Source of the DNA: an uncultured Clostridia bacterium
Lineage (GTDB): Bacteria > Bacillota > Clostridia > Oscillospirales > Ruminococcaceae
Length of the DNA stretch: 64,000 bases
Direction of reading: 5' to 3'
NCBI GenBank assembly: GCA_947089135.1
Contig: CAMUJF010000001.1
Span: 10,362-74,361, forward strand
Shown: positions 17,796 through 26,076 of the stretch, in pieces
How the letters are laid out: each line of letters starts with the position of its first letter
How positions within the stretch are numbered: position 1 is the first letter of the stretch
Program-made: the position numbers and the translations under genes
Notes under the pieces: generated by a model
Seen by the model: the letters and a program-made list of their open reading frames with translations, nothing else
The model's database searches: none
What the model was told of the DNA's origin: nothing

Positions 17796-18950
17796 TTACT
17801 TCTCGAATGCCTGCTTGATCTTATCAAAGAAATTGTTCCGCTTTTTGTAATTTTTGTTTTCGTCAAGGGACTCGTCAAAGGCTTTCAGCAGGTCTTTTTG
17901 TTTTTTGGTAAGATTGCCCGGAACTTCTATGGTAACATGAACGAACTGGTTTCCCCGGTCGCTGCGGTTTAGCTTTTTGATACCCTTGCCTTTGAAGCGG
18001 AAAACCGTTCCCGGCTGTGTACCCTCGGGAATAGTGTAGGAAACAGTTCCGTCGATCGTGGGAACTTCAACCTCGGCGCCCAGAGCCGCCTGAACAAAAG
18101 TTATGGGCATTTCGGTGTGAACATCGTAGCCGTCCCTCTCAAAGATAGCGTCTGGACGAACGGTAACGGTAATAAGCAAATCGCCAGAGGGACCGCCGTT
18201 TATTCCTCCGTGACCTTGACCGGAGGTGCGTATGGTCTGACCGTCGTCAATACCCGCAGGTATCGAAACGCTGATAGTTTTCTCAACGCTGACACGTCCG
18301 TTGCCATGACATTTCGAGCAGGGATTTTTTATTATAGTACCCTTTCCTCCACACCTTGTACATGGCTTCTGGGAGGATATCATGCCGAACGGCGTGCGCT
18401 GAGTTACCTTTATCTGACCCGTTCCGTGACAGTCGGGACAGGTATCTGCCGACGAACCCGCTGCCGCACCCGAACCGTTACAGTCTGGACATTTCTCCAT
18501 ACGAGAAATGTGAATGTCGGTGCTGATACCCTTGCAGGCATCCATAAAGCTGATAACAACGCTTTTCTGAATATCCTGACCGCGCCTCGGAGCGTTGGGA
18601 TTGCTTCTTGACGAAGAACCGCCGAAGCCTCCGAAAAAGCTGGAGAAAATGTCGCTGATATCGCCCATGTCTCCGAAGCCGCCGGAGAAACCGCCTCCGT
18701 AGCCTCCTCCGCCGTAGGAGGGGTCTACACCTGCGTGACCGAATTGATCGTACCTCGAACGCTTTTCTGGGTCGGACAGTACCTCGTAAGCCTCGTTGAC
18801 CTCCTTAAATTTTTCCTCGGCTTCCTTGTTGTCGGGGTTGAAGTCAGGGTGATATTTTCTTGACAGTTTTCTGAACGCCTGTTTTAGTTCGTCCTCGGAA
18901 GCCCCTTTCTGAAGCCCCAGCACCTCGTAATAATCTCTTTTATCAGCCAT
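17796..18950 (-). CDS. dnaJ: Molecular chaperone DnaJ
   Basis: J-domain with KYHPD, a G/F-rich region and four CxxCxGxG zinc motifs. The start is set to ATG 18950 ([12 protein letters not shown]). Confidence 0.96.
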   Translation of the reverse strand: MADKRDYYEVLGLQKGASEDELKQAFRKLSRKYHPDFNPDNKEAEEKFKEVNEAYEVLSDPEKRSRYDQFGHAGVDPSYGGGGYGGGFSGGFGDMGDISDIFSSFFGGFGGSSSRSNPNAPRRGQDIQKSVVISFMDACKGISTDIHISRMEKCPDCNGSGAAAGSSADTCPDCHGTGQIKVTQRTPFGMISSQKPCTRCGGKGTIIKNPCSKCHGNGRVSVEKTISVSIPAGIDDGQTIRTSGQGHGGINGGPSGDLLITVTVRPDAIFERDGYDVHTEMPITFVQAALGAEVEVPTIDGTVSYTIPEGTQPGTVFRFKGKGIKKLNRSDRGNQFVHVTIEVPGNLTKKQKDLLKAFDESLDENKNYKKRNNFFDKIKQAFEK

Positions 18951-19072
18951 ATGGGCATTTCCTTTCATGTAATGTAAGTATATATATTGTAAATTATTTC
19001 TAATTGTATATCCGTCATAAAACAGCTTTCGGGCGGAAATTTTCCGCCCTTGGCTTATTCCTGATTGATTTA

Positions 19073-19176
19073 CCCGCCCCCTTGAGGGGGCTTGATAAGG
19101 TTAAAATTTTTTGTATTTATCTTTGGGGGAGACTTTGTCAGCGCTTCGCTGCAGACTGCCGCGGGGCGTTCCCCGC
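19073..19176 (+). repeat. GC-hairpin repeat family, copy 3 (full)
   Basis: CCCGCCCCCTTGAGGGGGC, a 33-nt spacer, then GGGGGAGAC...GCGGGGCGTTCCCCGC. It ends at the dnaK stop (19177-19179). Module B has a 20-nt insertion. Confidence 0.85.
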
Positions 19177-21036
19177 TTATTTTTCTGTAAAGTCCGCGTC
19201 AACAAAATCTCCGCCGTTATTGTTATCATCGGAAGAAGAACCGCCCATGTCAGCGCCTGCCGCACCTGCCGCGCCGTCCTGCTGAGCCTGCGCTCCCGCA
19301 GCCTGATATATCTTCTGGGAAACCTCGTAGAACGCTTTCTGCAATTCCTCGGTCTTAGCCTTTATATCGTCGGTGTTGTCGGTAGCGTTTGCAGCCTTAA
19401 GGGCGTCTATCTTGGACTGGATATTAGCCTTTTCCTCCTCGGAAATCTTATCGCCGAAATCGGTGAGAGCCTTTTCGCACTGGAATACCATGTTTTCGCC
19501 CGCGTTCTTCGCGTCAACTGCGTCCTTGCGCTTCTTGTCTTCGTCGGCGTAGCGCGCAGCTTCGTCAACGGCTTTCTGAATGTCCTCCTTAGACATATTT
19601 GTAGACGCGGTAATGGAGATCTTCTGCTCCTTGCCTGTACCTAAGTCTTTTGCGGATACGTTAACGATACCGTTTGCGTCGATATCAAATGTTACTTCGA
19701 TCTGAGGTACTCCTCTGGGAGCGGGAGCGATACCGTCAAGACGGAAAACGCCAAGCTGCTTGTTGTCCTTTGCGAATTCGCGCTCGCCCTGAAGTACGTT
19801 GATGTCAACAGCGGTCTGATTGTCCGCATATGTGGAGAACACCTGCGACTTCTTTGTAGGAATAGTAGTGTTTCTTTCAATCATTCTTGTGCAAACGCCG
19901 CCCGCTGTTTCGATACCGAGGGAAAGGGGAGTAACGTCCAGCAGGAGGACAGCGTTTTCCTTGTCAACGTCGCCGGAAAGGATACCGCCCTGATATGCGG
20001 CTCCGAGAGCAACGCATTCGTCAGGATTGATTCCCTTAAAGGGATCCATGCCCATGAAGCTCTTTACAGCGTCCTGAACAGCGGGGATTCTTGACGAACC
20101 GCCAACCATGAGTACCTTTTTAATGTCAGAGGGCTTAAGACCCGCGTCGGAAAGAGCCTGCTTAACGGGACCCATTGTGGACTGTACAAGATCGCTTGTC
20201 AGCTCGTTGAACTTAGCTTGCGAAAGCTCCATGCTCAGGTGCTTAGGACCTGTCGCGTCCGCGGTAATGTAGGGAATGGAGATCGAAGCGGAGGGAGTAG
20301 CCGAAAGAGTGATCTTAGCCTTTTCAGCCTCGTCCTTAAGTCTCTGCATTGCAAGCTTATCGCCGGAAAGGTCGATTCCGTCGGACTTCTTGAATTCATC
20401 GATCATCCAGTTTATGATACGCTGGTCGAAGTCATCGCCGCCCAGACGGTTGTTACCCGCCGTGGCAAGAACCTCGGTAACGCCGTCGCCCATTTCGATA
20501 ATGGAAACGTCAAACGTACCGCCGCCTAAGTCGTAAACCATAATAGTCTGATCGTCTTCCTTGTCGATACCGTAGGAAAGAGCCGCAGCCGTAGGCTCAT
20601 TGATGATACGTCTTACAGTAAGACCTGCGATCTGACCCGCGTCCTTGGTAGCCTGTCTCTGAGCGTCGGTAAAGTATGCGGGAACGGTGATTACGGCTTC
20701 GGTAACGGTATCATGGAGATAAGCCTCCGCGTCCGCTTTCAGCTTCTGGAGGATCATTGCGGAAACCTCCTGAGGGGTGTACTTCTTGCCGTCGATATCT
20801 ACCTTGTAATCGCTGCCCATGTGTCTCTTGATTGAAGCAACGGTTCTGCCCGCGTTTGTAACAGCCTGGTTCTTGGCAACCTGACCAACAAGACGTTCGC
20901 CAGTTTTTGTAAAGCCAACAACAGAGGGAGTGGTTCTGCCGCCCTCGGCGTTTGTGATAACGGTAGCGTTTCCGCCCTCAACAACGGCAACGCAGGAGTT
21001 TGTAGTACCTAAGTCGATACCTATAATTTTAGCCAT
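19177..21036 (-). CDS. dnaK: Molecular chaperone DnaK (Hsp70)
   Basis: Hsp70 signatures IDLGTTNS and DLGGGTFD. The start is set to ATG 21036 ([10 protein letters not shown]). Confidence 0.98.
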   Translation of the reverse strand: MAKIIGIDLGTTNSCVAVVEGGNATVITNAEGGRTTPSVVGFTKTGERLVGQVAKNQAVTNAGRTVASIKRHMGSDYKVDIDGKKYTPQEVSAMILQKLKADAEAYLHDTVTEAVITVPAYFTDAQRQATKDAGQIAGLTVRRIINEPTAAALSYGIDKEDDQTIMVYDLGGGTFDVSIIEMGDGVTEVLATAGNNRLGGDDFDQRIINWMIDEFKKSDGIDLSGDKLAMQRLKDEAEKAKITLSATPSASISIPYITADATGPKHLSMELSQAKFNELTSDLVQSTMGPVKQALSDAGLKPSDIKKVLMVGGSSRIPAVQDAVKSFMGMDPFKGINPDECVALGAAYQGGILSGDVDKENAVLLLDVTPLSLGIETAGGVCTRMIERNTTIPTKKSQVFSTYADNQTAVDINVLQGEREFAKDNKQLGVFRLDGIAPAPRGVPQIEVTFDIDANGIVNVSAKDLGTGKEQKISITASTNMSKEDIQKAVDEAARYADEDKKRKDAVDAKNAGENMVFQCEKALTDFGDKISEEEKANIQSKIDALKAANATDNTDDIKAKTEELQKAFYEVSQKIYQAAGAQAQQDGAAGAAGADMGGSSSDDNNNGGDFVDADFTEK

Positions 21037-21084
21037 AAAAATCATTTCCTTTCTGTTTTATCTATTATATTATAATTATTTTGA

Positions 21085-21167
21085 CCCGCCCCTTTGAGGG
21101 GGCTTGACAATGTTGAAATCTATTGTATTTTTCTTTGGGGGTGACATCGCCCGCGGGGGCTCCCCGC
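21085..21167 (+). repeat. GC-hairpin repeat family, copy 4 (full)
   Basis: CCCGCCCCTTTGAGGGGGC, a 33-nt spacer, then GGGGGTGACATCGCCCGCGGGGGCTCCCCGC. It ends at the grpE stop (21168-21170). Confidence 0.85.
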
Positions 21168-21743
21168 TTATGGATTTGCAACTACCACCATTGCGCATCT
21201 TATCACCTTGTCGCCCAGCTTGTAGCCCTTTTGGTAGACCTGCGAAACCGTGTTCTCGCCGAAATTCTCGTCCTCCACCTGACTTACCGCGTTGTGGAGG
21301 TTAGGGTCAAACTCTTTTCCGAGAGCCTCTATTTCCTCAACACCGAGCTTTTTGACCACTTCGGTGAACTGTCCGTAGATCATCTCCACGCCTTTTTTGT
21401 AGCTCTCGTCGGAACATTCCGCAGCCATTGCCCGCTCAAAGTTGTCTATTACGGAGATAACTTCGAGAGCAGCCTTTGCGGTAGCATCGGCGGAAGCGTC
21501 CAGCCGTTCCTTTATAGAACGCTTGCGGAAGTTGTCGTATTCGGCAAGGAGCCTCAGGTATTTGTCCTTGTCGGCAGCGGCAGCGTCCTCTAAGGTTTTT
21601 ATTTTAGCTTCGAGAGAAGCCACAGGGTCTTCCTCAGCTTCGGAAGCTTTTTCCGATACGGAAGTCTCTTCCGCATTTTCGGCTGCCGTTTCCGCTTCGG
21701 CCGTTTCCTCAGAGTTCAGACCGTCCTTTTCTTCATCTATCAT
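21168..21743 (-). CDS. grpE: Nucleotide exchange factor GrpE
   Basis: 191 aa with an acidic N-terminus and a conserved GrpE C-terminal domain. Operon position is hrcA-grpE-dnaK. Confidence 0.94.
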   Translation of the reverse strand: MIDEEKDGLNSEETAEAETAAENAEETSVSEKASEAEEDPVASLEAKIKTLEDAAAADKDKYLRLLAEYDNFRKRSIKERLDASADATAKAALEVISVIDNFERAMAAECSDESYKKGVEMIYGQFTEVVKKLGVEEIEALGKEFDPNLHNAVSQVEDENFGENTVSQVYQKGYKLGDKVIRCAMVVVANP

Positions 21744-21764
21744 TATTGGGAAAGCTCCTTTCTG

Positions 21765-22802
21765 TTAATCGTCGTTTTCATCGTCCGGGTCGTCTGATAT
21801 GATATCCGTTATCCTGTCGGTAAGATATTCAAGATAGGGAATGATCTTAGCGTAATCCAAACGCATAGGACCTATCACTCCCAGCGAACCCGCTGTTTTT
21901 CCGTCTTTTTTTATCTTCGAGACTATCATGCTGGAGTTTTCGATAATGAAGCCTCCGTCCTCGCCGAACAGTACCTGCAAGTCGCCAAAGCTGTCATCAA
22001 GCATATTTTTCACAACTTTGTTCTTGTTCTCAAAAAACTGCACGATCTGATCGGAATTTATATCCTGACGCGCAAGAAGATTTTTTTCGCCCTGAAGCTT
22101 TATCTCGATATCCTTGAAGCCCTCCGCAAGCTCGCACACACCCTGCAAAAGGGGAGCAAGGGTAACCATATAAGCCCCCATGGCAGACACAAGACGGTCG
22201 ATAGTGTCTCCGTCAAGATCCTCGATAGAGACTCCCTGTAGATTTTCCGCCATATAGCGGCTGAAAAATTCTATCTGCTCGTTGGTAAGGTCGAACTCCA
22301 GACGGCACACCTTGTTTTTGATGTTTCCTGAGGACGTTACCATAAGCAGCACATACATACGCCTGCCGGTAGGGATAAGCTCAACCTTGGTTATCACCGA
22401 AAACTTGGGAGCCACGTTTTTCACCACAGTAGCGCAGTGGGTAAGCTCCGCAAGAGCCTTTGACGCGCTTTCTATAAGAGCGTCCGCCGTGGGGACGTCA
22501 ACGTCCAGACAGCTGTCAAGGAGAAGCTTTTCCTCTTCTGACAAGACCTTTGCGCTCATAAGCTCGTCGATGTAAAGCCGGTAGCCGCTGTAGGTGGGGA
22601 TACGTCCCGCCGAGGTGTGGGGCTGTTCAAGGTAGCCCAGCTGTTCAAGCATTGCCATATCGTTTCTTATGGTAGCGGGGGAAACTCTTATGTCCGGCAG
22701 AGCTGCGACAGCCTTTGAGCCGACCGGCTCTCCGGTTGTGATATAAGCGTCAACCACCGCGGCAAGAATACGGCGTTTTCTTTCGTCCAGCAGTTCGATC
22801 AC
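21765..22802 (-). CDS. hrcA: Heat-inducible transcription repressor HrcA
   Basis: 345 aa with an N-terminal winged-helix (..PVGSKAV..). It has a GTG start and a CIRCE element upstream. Confidence 0.94.
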   Translation of the reverse strand: MIELLDERKRRILAAVVDAYITTGEPVGSKAVAALPDIRVSPATIRNDMAMLEQLGYLEQPHTSAGRIPTYSGYRLYIDELMSAKVLSEEEKLLLDSCLDVDVPTADALIESASKALAELTHCATVVKNVAPKFSVITKVELIPTGRRMYVLLMVTSSGNIKNKVCRLEFDLTNEQIEFFSRYMAENLQGVSIEDLDGDTIDRLVSAMGAYMVTLAPLLQGVCELAEGFKDIEIKLQGEKNLLARQDINSDQIVQFFENKNKVVKNMLDDSFGDLQVLFGEDGGFIIENSSMIVSKIKKDGKTAGSLGVIGPMRLDYAKIIPYLEYLTDRITDIISDDPDDENDD

Positions 22803-22864
22803 TTCCTTGAAAAAATCTGCGGCGGGTATTTTGCGTACGTATTAGCACTTGACCCGATCATGTG

Positions 22865-22891
22865 TTAGCACTCCTTTTCTTTGAGTGCTAA
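22865..22891. promoter_or_regulatory. CIRCE operator (HrcA binding site)
   Basis: TTAGCACTC-N9-GAGTGCTAA, a perfect match to the CIRCE consensus, between the promoter and hrcA. Confidence 0.95.
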
Positions 22892-22895
22892 TTAT

Positions 22896-22923
22896 ATTAT
22901 ACACCGCATTTTTGGTTTGTCAA
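22896..22923 (-). promoter_or_regulatory. sigma-A promoter of hrcA-grpE-dnaK-dnaJ
   Basis: On the minus strand: TTGACA (22923-22918), a 16-nt spacer and TATAAT (22901-22896), directly upstream of CIRCE. Confidence 0.8.
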
Positions 22924-23161
22924 GGGTTTTTGAGAAATTTTTTTATTTTATTGGGGAAACATTACAAAAACAACATAAACGCAAACGAACAAAAGAGAGG
23001 ATTATCTATACTGTAAATTGTTATTGGACTATTTGACATGGCTTTTATGGAAAAGTTTCGTCCACCTTTTCAAAGGTGGCGAGGGTCGAGGGAGCAGAGC
23101 CTTTGGAAACCGCGAGCTGTGCTCAGCTCGACCAGCTAAACAACAATTTATCGTGTATCAA

Positions 23162-23194
23162 TAAAAAAGCAGAAGCCGTTACAGCTCCTGCTTT
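23162..23194 (-). terminator. Rho-independent terminator after rpsR
   Basis: On the minus strand: AAGCAGGAGC-tgtaacg-GCTTCTGCTT followed by TTTTTAT. Confidence 0.75.
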
Positions 23195-23213
23195 AAAAAC
23201 ATATTCGTTCCAA

Positions 23214-23462
23214 TCAGTCGGAAACGTAGGGGATAAGAGCGATATATCTTGCGCGCTTGATAGCGGAAGTAAGCTCTCTCTGGTGGTAAGCGCAGGTACC
23301 CGTTACTCTTCTGGGGAGTATTTTAGATCTCTCGGTCATGCACTTCTTAAGTCTTGCAACGTCTTTGTAGTCGATCTTTTCAACCCTGTCGGCGCAGAAC
23401 ATACAAACCTTTTTACGGGTTCTTTTAGCGCCGCGGGGAGCTCTTTCTCTATCCTTTTCCAT
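23214..23462 (-). CDS. rpsR: 30S ribosomal protein S18
   Basis: 82 aa with ..RKKVCMFC...[21 protein letters not shown].. typical of S18. Confidence 0.96.
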   Translation of the reverse strand: MEKDRERAPRGAKRTRKKVCMFCADRVEKIDYKDVARLKKCMTERSKILPRRVTGTCAYHQRELTSAIKRARYIALIPYVSD

Positions 23463-23503
23463 AGTGAAACCTCCTTATTGTAAAATGCTTCAGTCCTCTA
23501 ATT

Positions 23504-23552
23504 TCCAGCCTCCAGCCTCTAGCTTCTAGTTTCTAACTTCTAGCCTCTAGAA
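23504..23552. repeat. tandem heptamer array (7 units) in the ssb-rpsR spacer
   Basis: The plus strand reads TCCAGCC TCCAGCC TCTAGCT TCTAGTT TCTAACT TCTAGCC TCTAGAA. The last unit contains the ssb stop codon. Confidence 0.9.
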
Positions 23553-24053
23553 GGGCAGATCGCCGTCTCCGATAACTTCCTCAAAATCGCCTAAGTCTCC
23601 GAAAGAGACAGAGGGCGCGCTCTGCTGGGTCTGAGCCTGCTGAGCATACTGTGGAGCGGGAGCGGGCTGGCTGTACTGAGGCTGGGCAAACTGCTGCGGA
23701 GCGTAATTTCCGTTAGCCTGTGCAGCCGCCTTTGTTTCGCCGAACATAACGTTTTCAGCCTGAACCTCGGTAACGTAGTGGCGCACGTCGGGATAACGCT
23801 TATCGTCATAGGTTCTTGTCCTGAGACCGCCCTCAACGATTATCATTCTTCCCTTTGCAAAATATCTGGAAATAAACTCGGCAGTCTGCCGCCATGCGAC
23901 AACTGTAATAAAATCCGTTTGTCTTTCGCCGCCCTGAGGAGTATAGTTCCTGTCCACAGCAACGGTTATCTGACAAGTGGAGACTCCCGACGGAGTCTGT
24001 CTGAGTTCGGGGTCGGCAGTAAGTCTGCCCATGATAATAACTTTATTCAACAT
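23547..24053 (-). CDS. ssb: Single-stranded DNA-binding protein
   Basis: 168 aa with an OB-fold N-terminus (MLNKVIIMGRLTADPELR), a Q/P-rich linker and an acidic tip DGDLPF. Confidence 0.96.
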   Translation of the reverse strand: MLNKVIIMGRLTADPELRQTPSGVSTCQITVAVDRNYTPQGGERQTDFITVVAWRQTAEFISRYFAKGRMIIVEGGLRTRTYDDKRYPDVRHYVTEVQAENVMFGETKAAAQANGNYAPQQFAQPQYSQPAPAPQYAQQAQTQQSAPSVSFGDLGDFEEVIGDGDLPF

Positions 24054-24073
24054 AAAGCGACACCCTTTCCGCG

Positions 24074-24364
24074 TTATCTTACTGTAGTAAGGGAACGCAT
24101 CACGCCGTCCGTGATCTTGAATACACGGTCAAGCTCAGCGGGAAAATCGGGCTTGCTTGTGAATGTGTAAAGCACGTAGTAGCCCTCTGTCTGGTCGTCG
24201 ATTTCGTAAGCAAGCTTTCTCTTGCCCCACTCGTCAACGGATTCCATAGTGCCGTTAGCCTCGATAAGCGCCTTGAACTTGTCGTTAAGAGCCTTAACGC
24301 CGTCCTCACCGTTTTTCAGGCTGTAAACCGCCATGGTCTCGTAAGCTTCACTGATTTTAGCCAT
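24074..24364 (-). CDS. rpsF: 30S ribosomal protein S6
   Basis: 96 aa in the rpsF-ssb-rpsR operon order. Confidence 0.95.
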   Translation of the reverse strand: MAKISEAYETMAVYSLKNGEDGVKALNDKFKALIEANGTMESVDEWGKRKLAYEIDDQTEGYYVLYTFTSKPDFPAELDRVFKITDGVMRSLTTVR

Positions 24365-24388
24365 TTTAAAACACCTCCTCTTGGATTA

Positions 24389-24410
24389 CGTCCGCGACTC
24401 TCCGCGGACG
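24389..24410 (-). promoter_or_regulatory. rpsF 5-prime leader hairpin (candidate S6:S18 autoregulatory element)
   Basis: CGTCCGCG-gagagt-CGCGGACG lies between the promoter and the RBS. A structured rpsF leader bound by S6:S18 is known in Firmicutes, but identity was not verified. Confidence 0.4.
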
Positions 24411-24423
24411 AGGATACCATAAT

Positions 24424-24452
24424 ATTATAACACCGCAAAAACCGCTTGTCAA
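24424..24452 (-). promoter_or_regulatory. sigma-A promoter of rpsF-ssb-rpsR
   Basis: On the minus strand: TTGACA (24452-24447), a 17-nt spacer and TATAAT (24429-24424). Confidence 0.85.
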
Positions 24453-24585
24453 CCTTTTTTCAAAATTTTTGGATATTTTGAGCAGTTAAGCGCATTAGGC
24501 GCGGGACATTTTGTCTGCATTGTCCTTTATGCGGTATTTTCTGCGTGAAGCGGCAGGGACGGCTGAAGCAACTGAAGACACTCGG

Positions 24586-25161
24586 TTAAAAATTGATAAT
24601 ACCCAGATGCTCCAATAGAATTTTCAGTCCGATAAGGATAAGGATAACTCCGCCCGCTATTTCGGCTTTGGTCTTGTATTGCGCACCGAAGCGGTTGCCG
24701 AGAAGTACTCCTCCGAGAGAAAGCGCAAAGGTAGTCACCCCGATAAGCAAAACGGACGGCAGTATATTCACCTTTAAAAAAGCAAATGTAATACCCACCG
24801 CAAGAGCGTCAATGCTTGTGGCTATTGCAAGGACGGTCAGTTCTCCCATACTGAGCGCGTCGGTTTTCTCTTCCTCTTCGCCGCCTTTTTCCCGTATGGC
24901 TTCAACGACCATTTTCCCGCCGATAAACGCCAGCAGAGCAAAGGCTATCCAGTGGTCGAATCTTTCGATGTACTCCGAAAAGCCCGTGCCCAGCAGGTAG
25001 CCGATAAGAGGCATTACCGCCTGAAATACCCCGAAAAACAACGCAATGATATAGGCATGCTTAAGGTTCAGCCTGCGCATATTCAGTCCCTTGCAGACCG
25101 ATACGGAGAACGCGTCGGCGGAGAGTCCCACCGCGATAAGAAGCAATTCCGCAAAGCCCAT
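24586..25161 (-). CDS. mntP: Manganese efflux pump MntP
   Basis: Six-TM protein with a duplicated ..GLSADAF.. / ..SIDALAVG.. pattern. The start is set to ATG 25161 (MGFAELLL). It is preceded by a Mn riboswitch. Confidence 0.88.
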   Translation of the reverse strand: MGFAELLLIAVGLSADAFSVSVCKGLNMRRLNLKHAYIIALFFGVFQAVMPLIGYLLGTGFSEYIERFDHWIAFALLAFIGGKMVVEAIREKGGEEEEKTDALSMGELTVLAIATSIDALAVGITFAFLKVNILPSVLLIGVTTFALSLGGVLLGNRFGAQYKTKAEIAGGVILILIGLKILLEHLGIINF

Positions 25162-25177
25162 TTTATCATATCCTTTC

Positions 25178-25337
25178 AAATAAAAAGAGACTTACAGACA
25201 ACAAAAGCTGCCCGTAAGTCTCGCCGATTAAGGTATTACCGGGCGGAAAAATTTCCGCCAATATGTCGATAATACCGCATAGTCAAAGCTGCAATAATTG
25301 CAGCAATTGCAATTTTATGCCGACTACTCCCTTATAG
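25178..25337 (-). promoter_or_regulatory. yybP-ykoY manganese riboswitch with terminator expression platform
   Basis: The minus strand carries AAGGGAGUAG..., ...AUCGACAUAUUGG... and ...CGGCGAGACUUAC, matching the conserved GGGGAGUAG / UUGACAUA / AGCAAGACC blocks. The terminator GAGACTTACGGG..TCTGTAAGTCTC+TTTTTATTT shares its 5-prime arm with P1. The downstream gene is mntP. Confidence 0.82.
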
Positions 25338-25344
25338 TAATACC

Positions 25345-25373
25345 ATTTTAGCATAGTTATTACAGCTTGTCAA
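25345..25373 (-). promoter_or_regulatory. sigma-A promoter of the Mn riboswitch-mntP unit
   Basis: On the minus strand: TTGACA (25373-25368), a 17-nt spacer and an extended -10 TGCTAAAAT (TAAAAT at 25350-25345). Confidence 0.8.
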
Positions 25374-25443
25374 GGTATTTTATGCGGACAAGTCTGCAAT
25401 TATGCCGTTAATTTTCGTACACCTTAATTATCTTGCCTATAAA

Positions 25444-25527
25444 GCGGGGAACGCCCCGCGGCGAAAGTCACCCTCGCAGATAATTACAGCATACTGTTAT
25501 TCCGCATAGCCCCATCAAGGGGGGAGG
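25444..25527 (-). repeat. GC-hairpin repeat family, copy 5 (full, inverted)
   Basis: The plus strand reads GCGGGGAACGCCCCGC..GTCACCC, a 35-nt spacer, then GCCCCATCAAGGGGGG. It lies 9 nt downstream of the stop of the 25536 gene. Confidence 0.8.
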
Positions 25528-25535
25528 GATAGATT

Positions 25536-26027
25536 TTAGTTTTCATAAACTTTAATAATCTCGCCCATAAAAAGCTTGTGCATAGGGTCTGTACCGTTGG
25601 CGGGTTTTACGTCCTCGGCAACGAGAGCAAGGTCGAAATCTTGGGCGTAAATTTTTCTGCAAACAAAGGTCAGCTTTGCCTCTTTAAAAGCAGTCGTACC
25701 GTCGGTAAATTCGGGAGTAAGTCCCGCCTCCTTAGCCTTGTCGCAGTCCCGTCCCGAATGGGAGCCGCAGAAGCTCAGAGCCTTTTTATATTCCTCATCA
25801 AAAAAGCTTACGGTGAAAAGGTCGTTTTTCTCCATAAATTCATAGGTGTAGCGGTTGGGGCGCACCATTGCGCTAATGACGTTTTTTCTCCACATAATTC
25901 CCATGGAAGCCCAGCCCACGGTCATTGTGTTGTAGCCGCTTTCGTCTCCGCTTGTGAGCAGGAACCAGTCTTTGCCGATCTTTGTCCAGGGGTTGAAGCT
26001 GAGGTTTTCCAATGCGATTTCTTTCAT
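25536..26027 (-). CDS. flavin reductase-like (FMN-binding split-barrel) protein
   Basis: 163 aa. ..YNTMTVGWASMG... and the overall pattern resemble the flavin reductase family. This is by recognition only. Confidence 0.55.
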   Translation of the reverse strand: MKEIALENLSFNPWTKIGKDWFLLTSGDESGYNTMTVGWASMGIMWRKNVISAMVRPNRYTYEFMEKNDLFTVSFFDEEYKKALSFCGSHSGRDCDKAKEAGLTPEFTDGTTAFKEAKLTFVCRKIYAQDFDLALVAEDVKPANGTDPMHKLFMGEIIKVYEN

Positions 26028-26076
26028 AGAATCAAGTCCTTTCCAATTTTATATAATTATATTTTTATCAAATAAT

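Noticed and set aside
19031-19049. The hairpin GGGCGGAAATTTTCCGCCC in the dnaK-dnaJ spacer is nearly identical to a stem of the Mn riboswitch (25241-25259, GGGCGGAAAAATTTCCGCC).
   Set aside because: It is a short GC-clamped AT-loop hairpin, and the surrounding sequence shares nothing with the riboswitch. Most likely it is a partial terminator between dnaK and dnaJ, and the similarity is coincidental.
23057-23150. Tandem hairpins downstream of the rpsR terminator were considered as a possible 4.5S/SRP-like or other small RNA. They are CCACCTTT-tca-AAGGTGG and GGTCGAG-G-GAGCAGAGC...GCTGTGCTC-AG-CTCGACC.
   Set aside because: They lack the conserved SRP domain IV features, namely the GGAA tetraloop and the symmetric loop AGCA/GGAA context. 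There is no clear promoter or terminator on either strand. They are recorded only as unexplained structure.
23494-23552. Whether the short tandem repeats could be a degenerate CRISPR array.
   Set aside because: The unit is only 7 nt with no spacers. No cas genes or leader are present. It is a microsatellite-like heptamer array.
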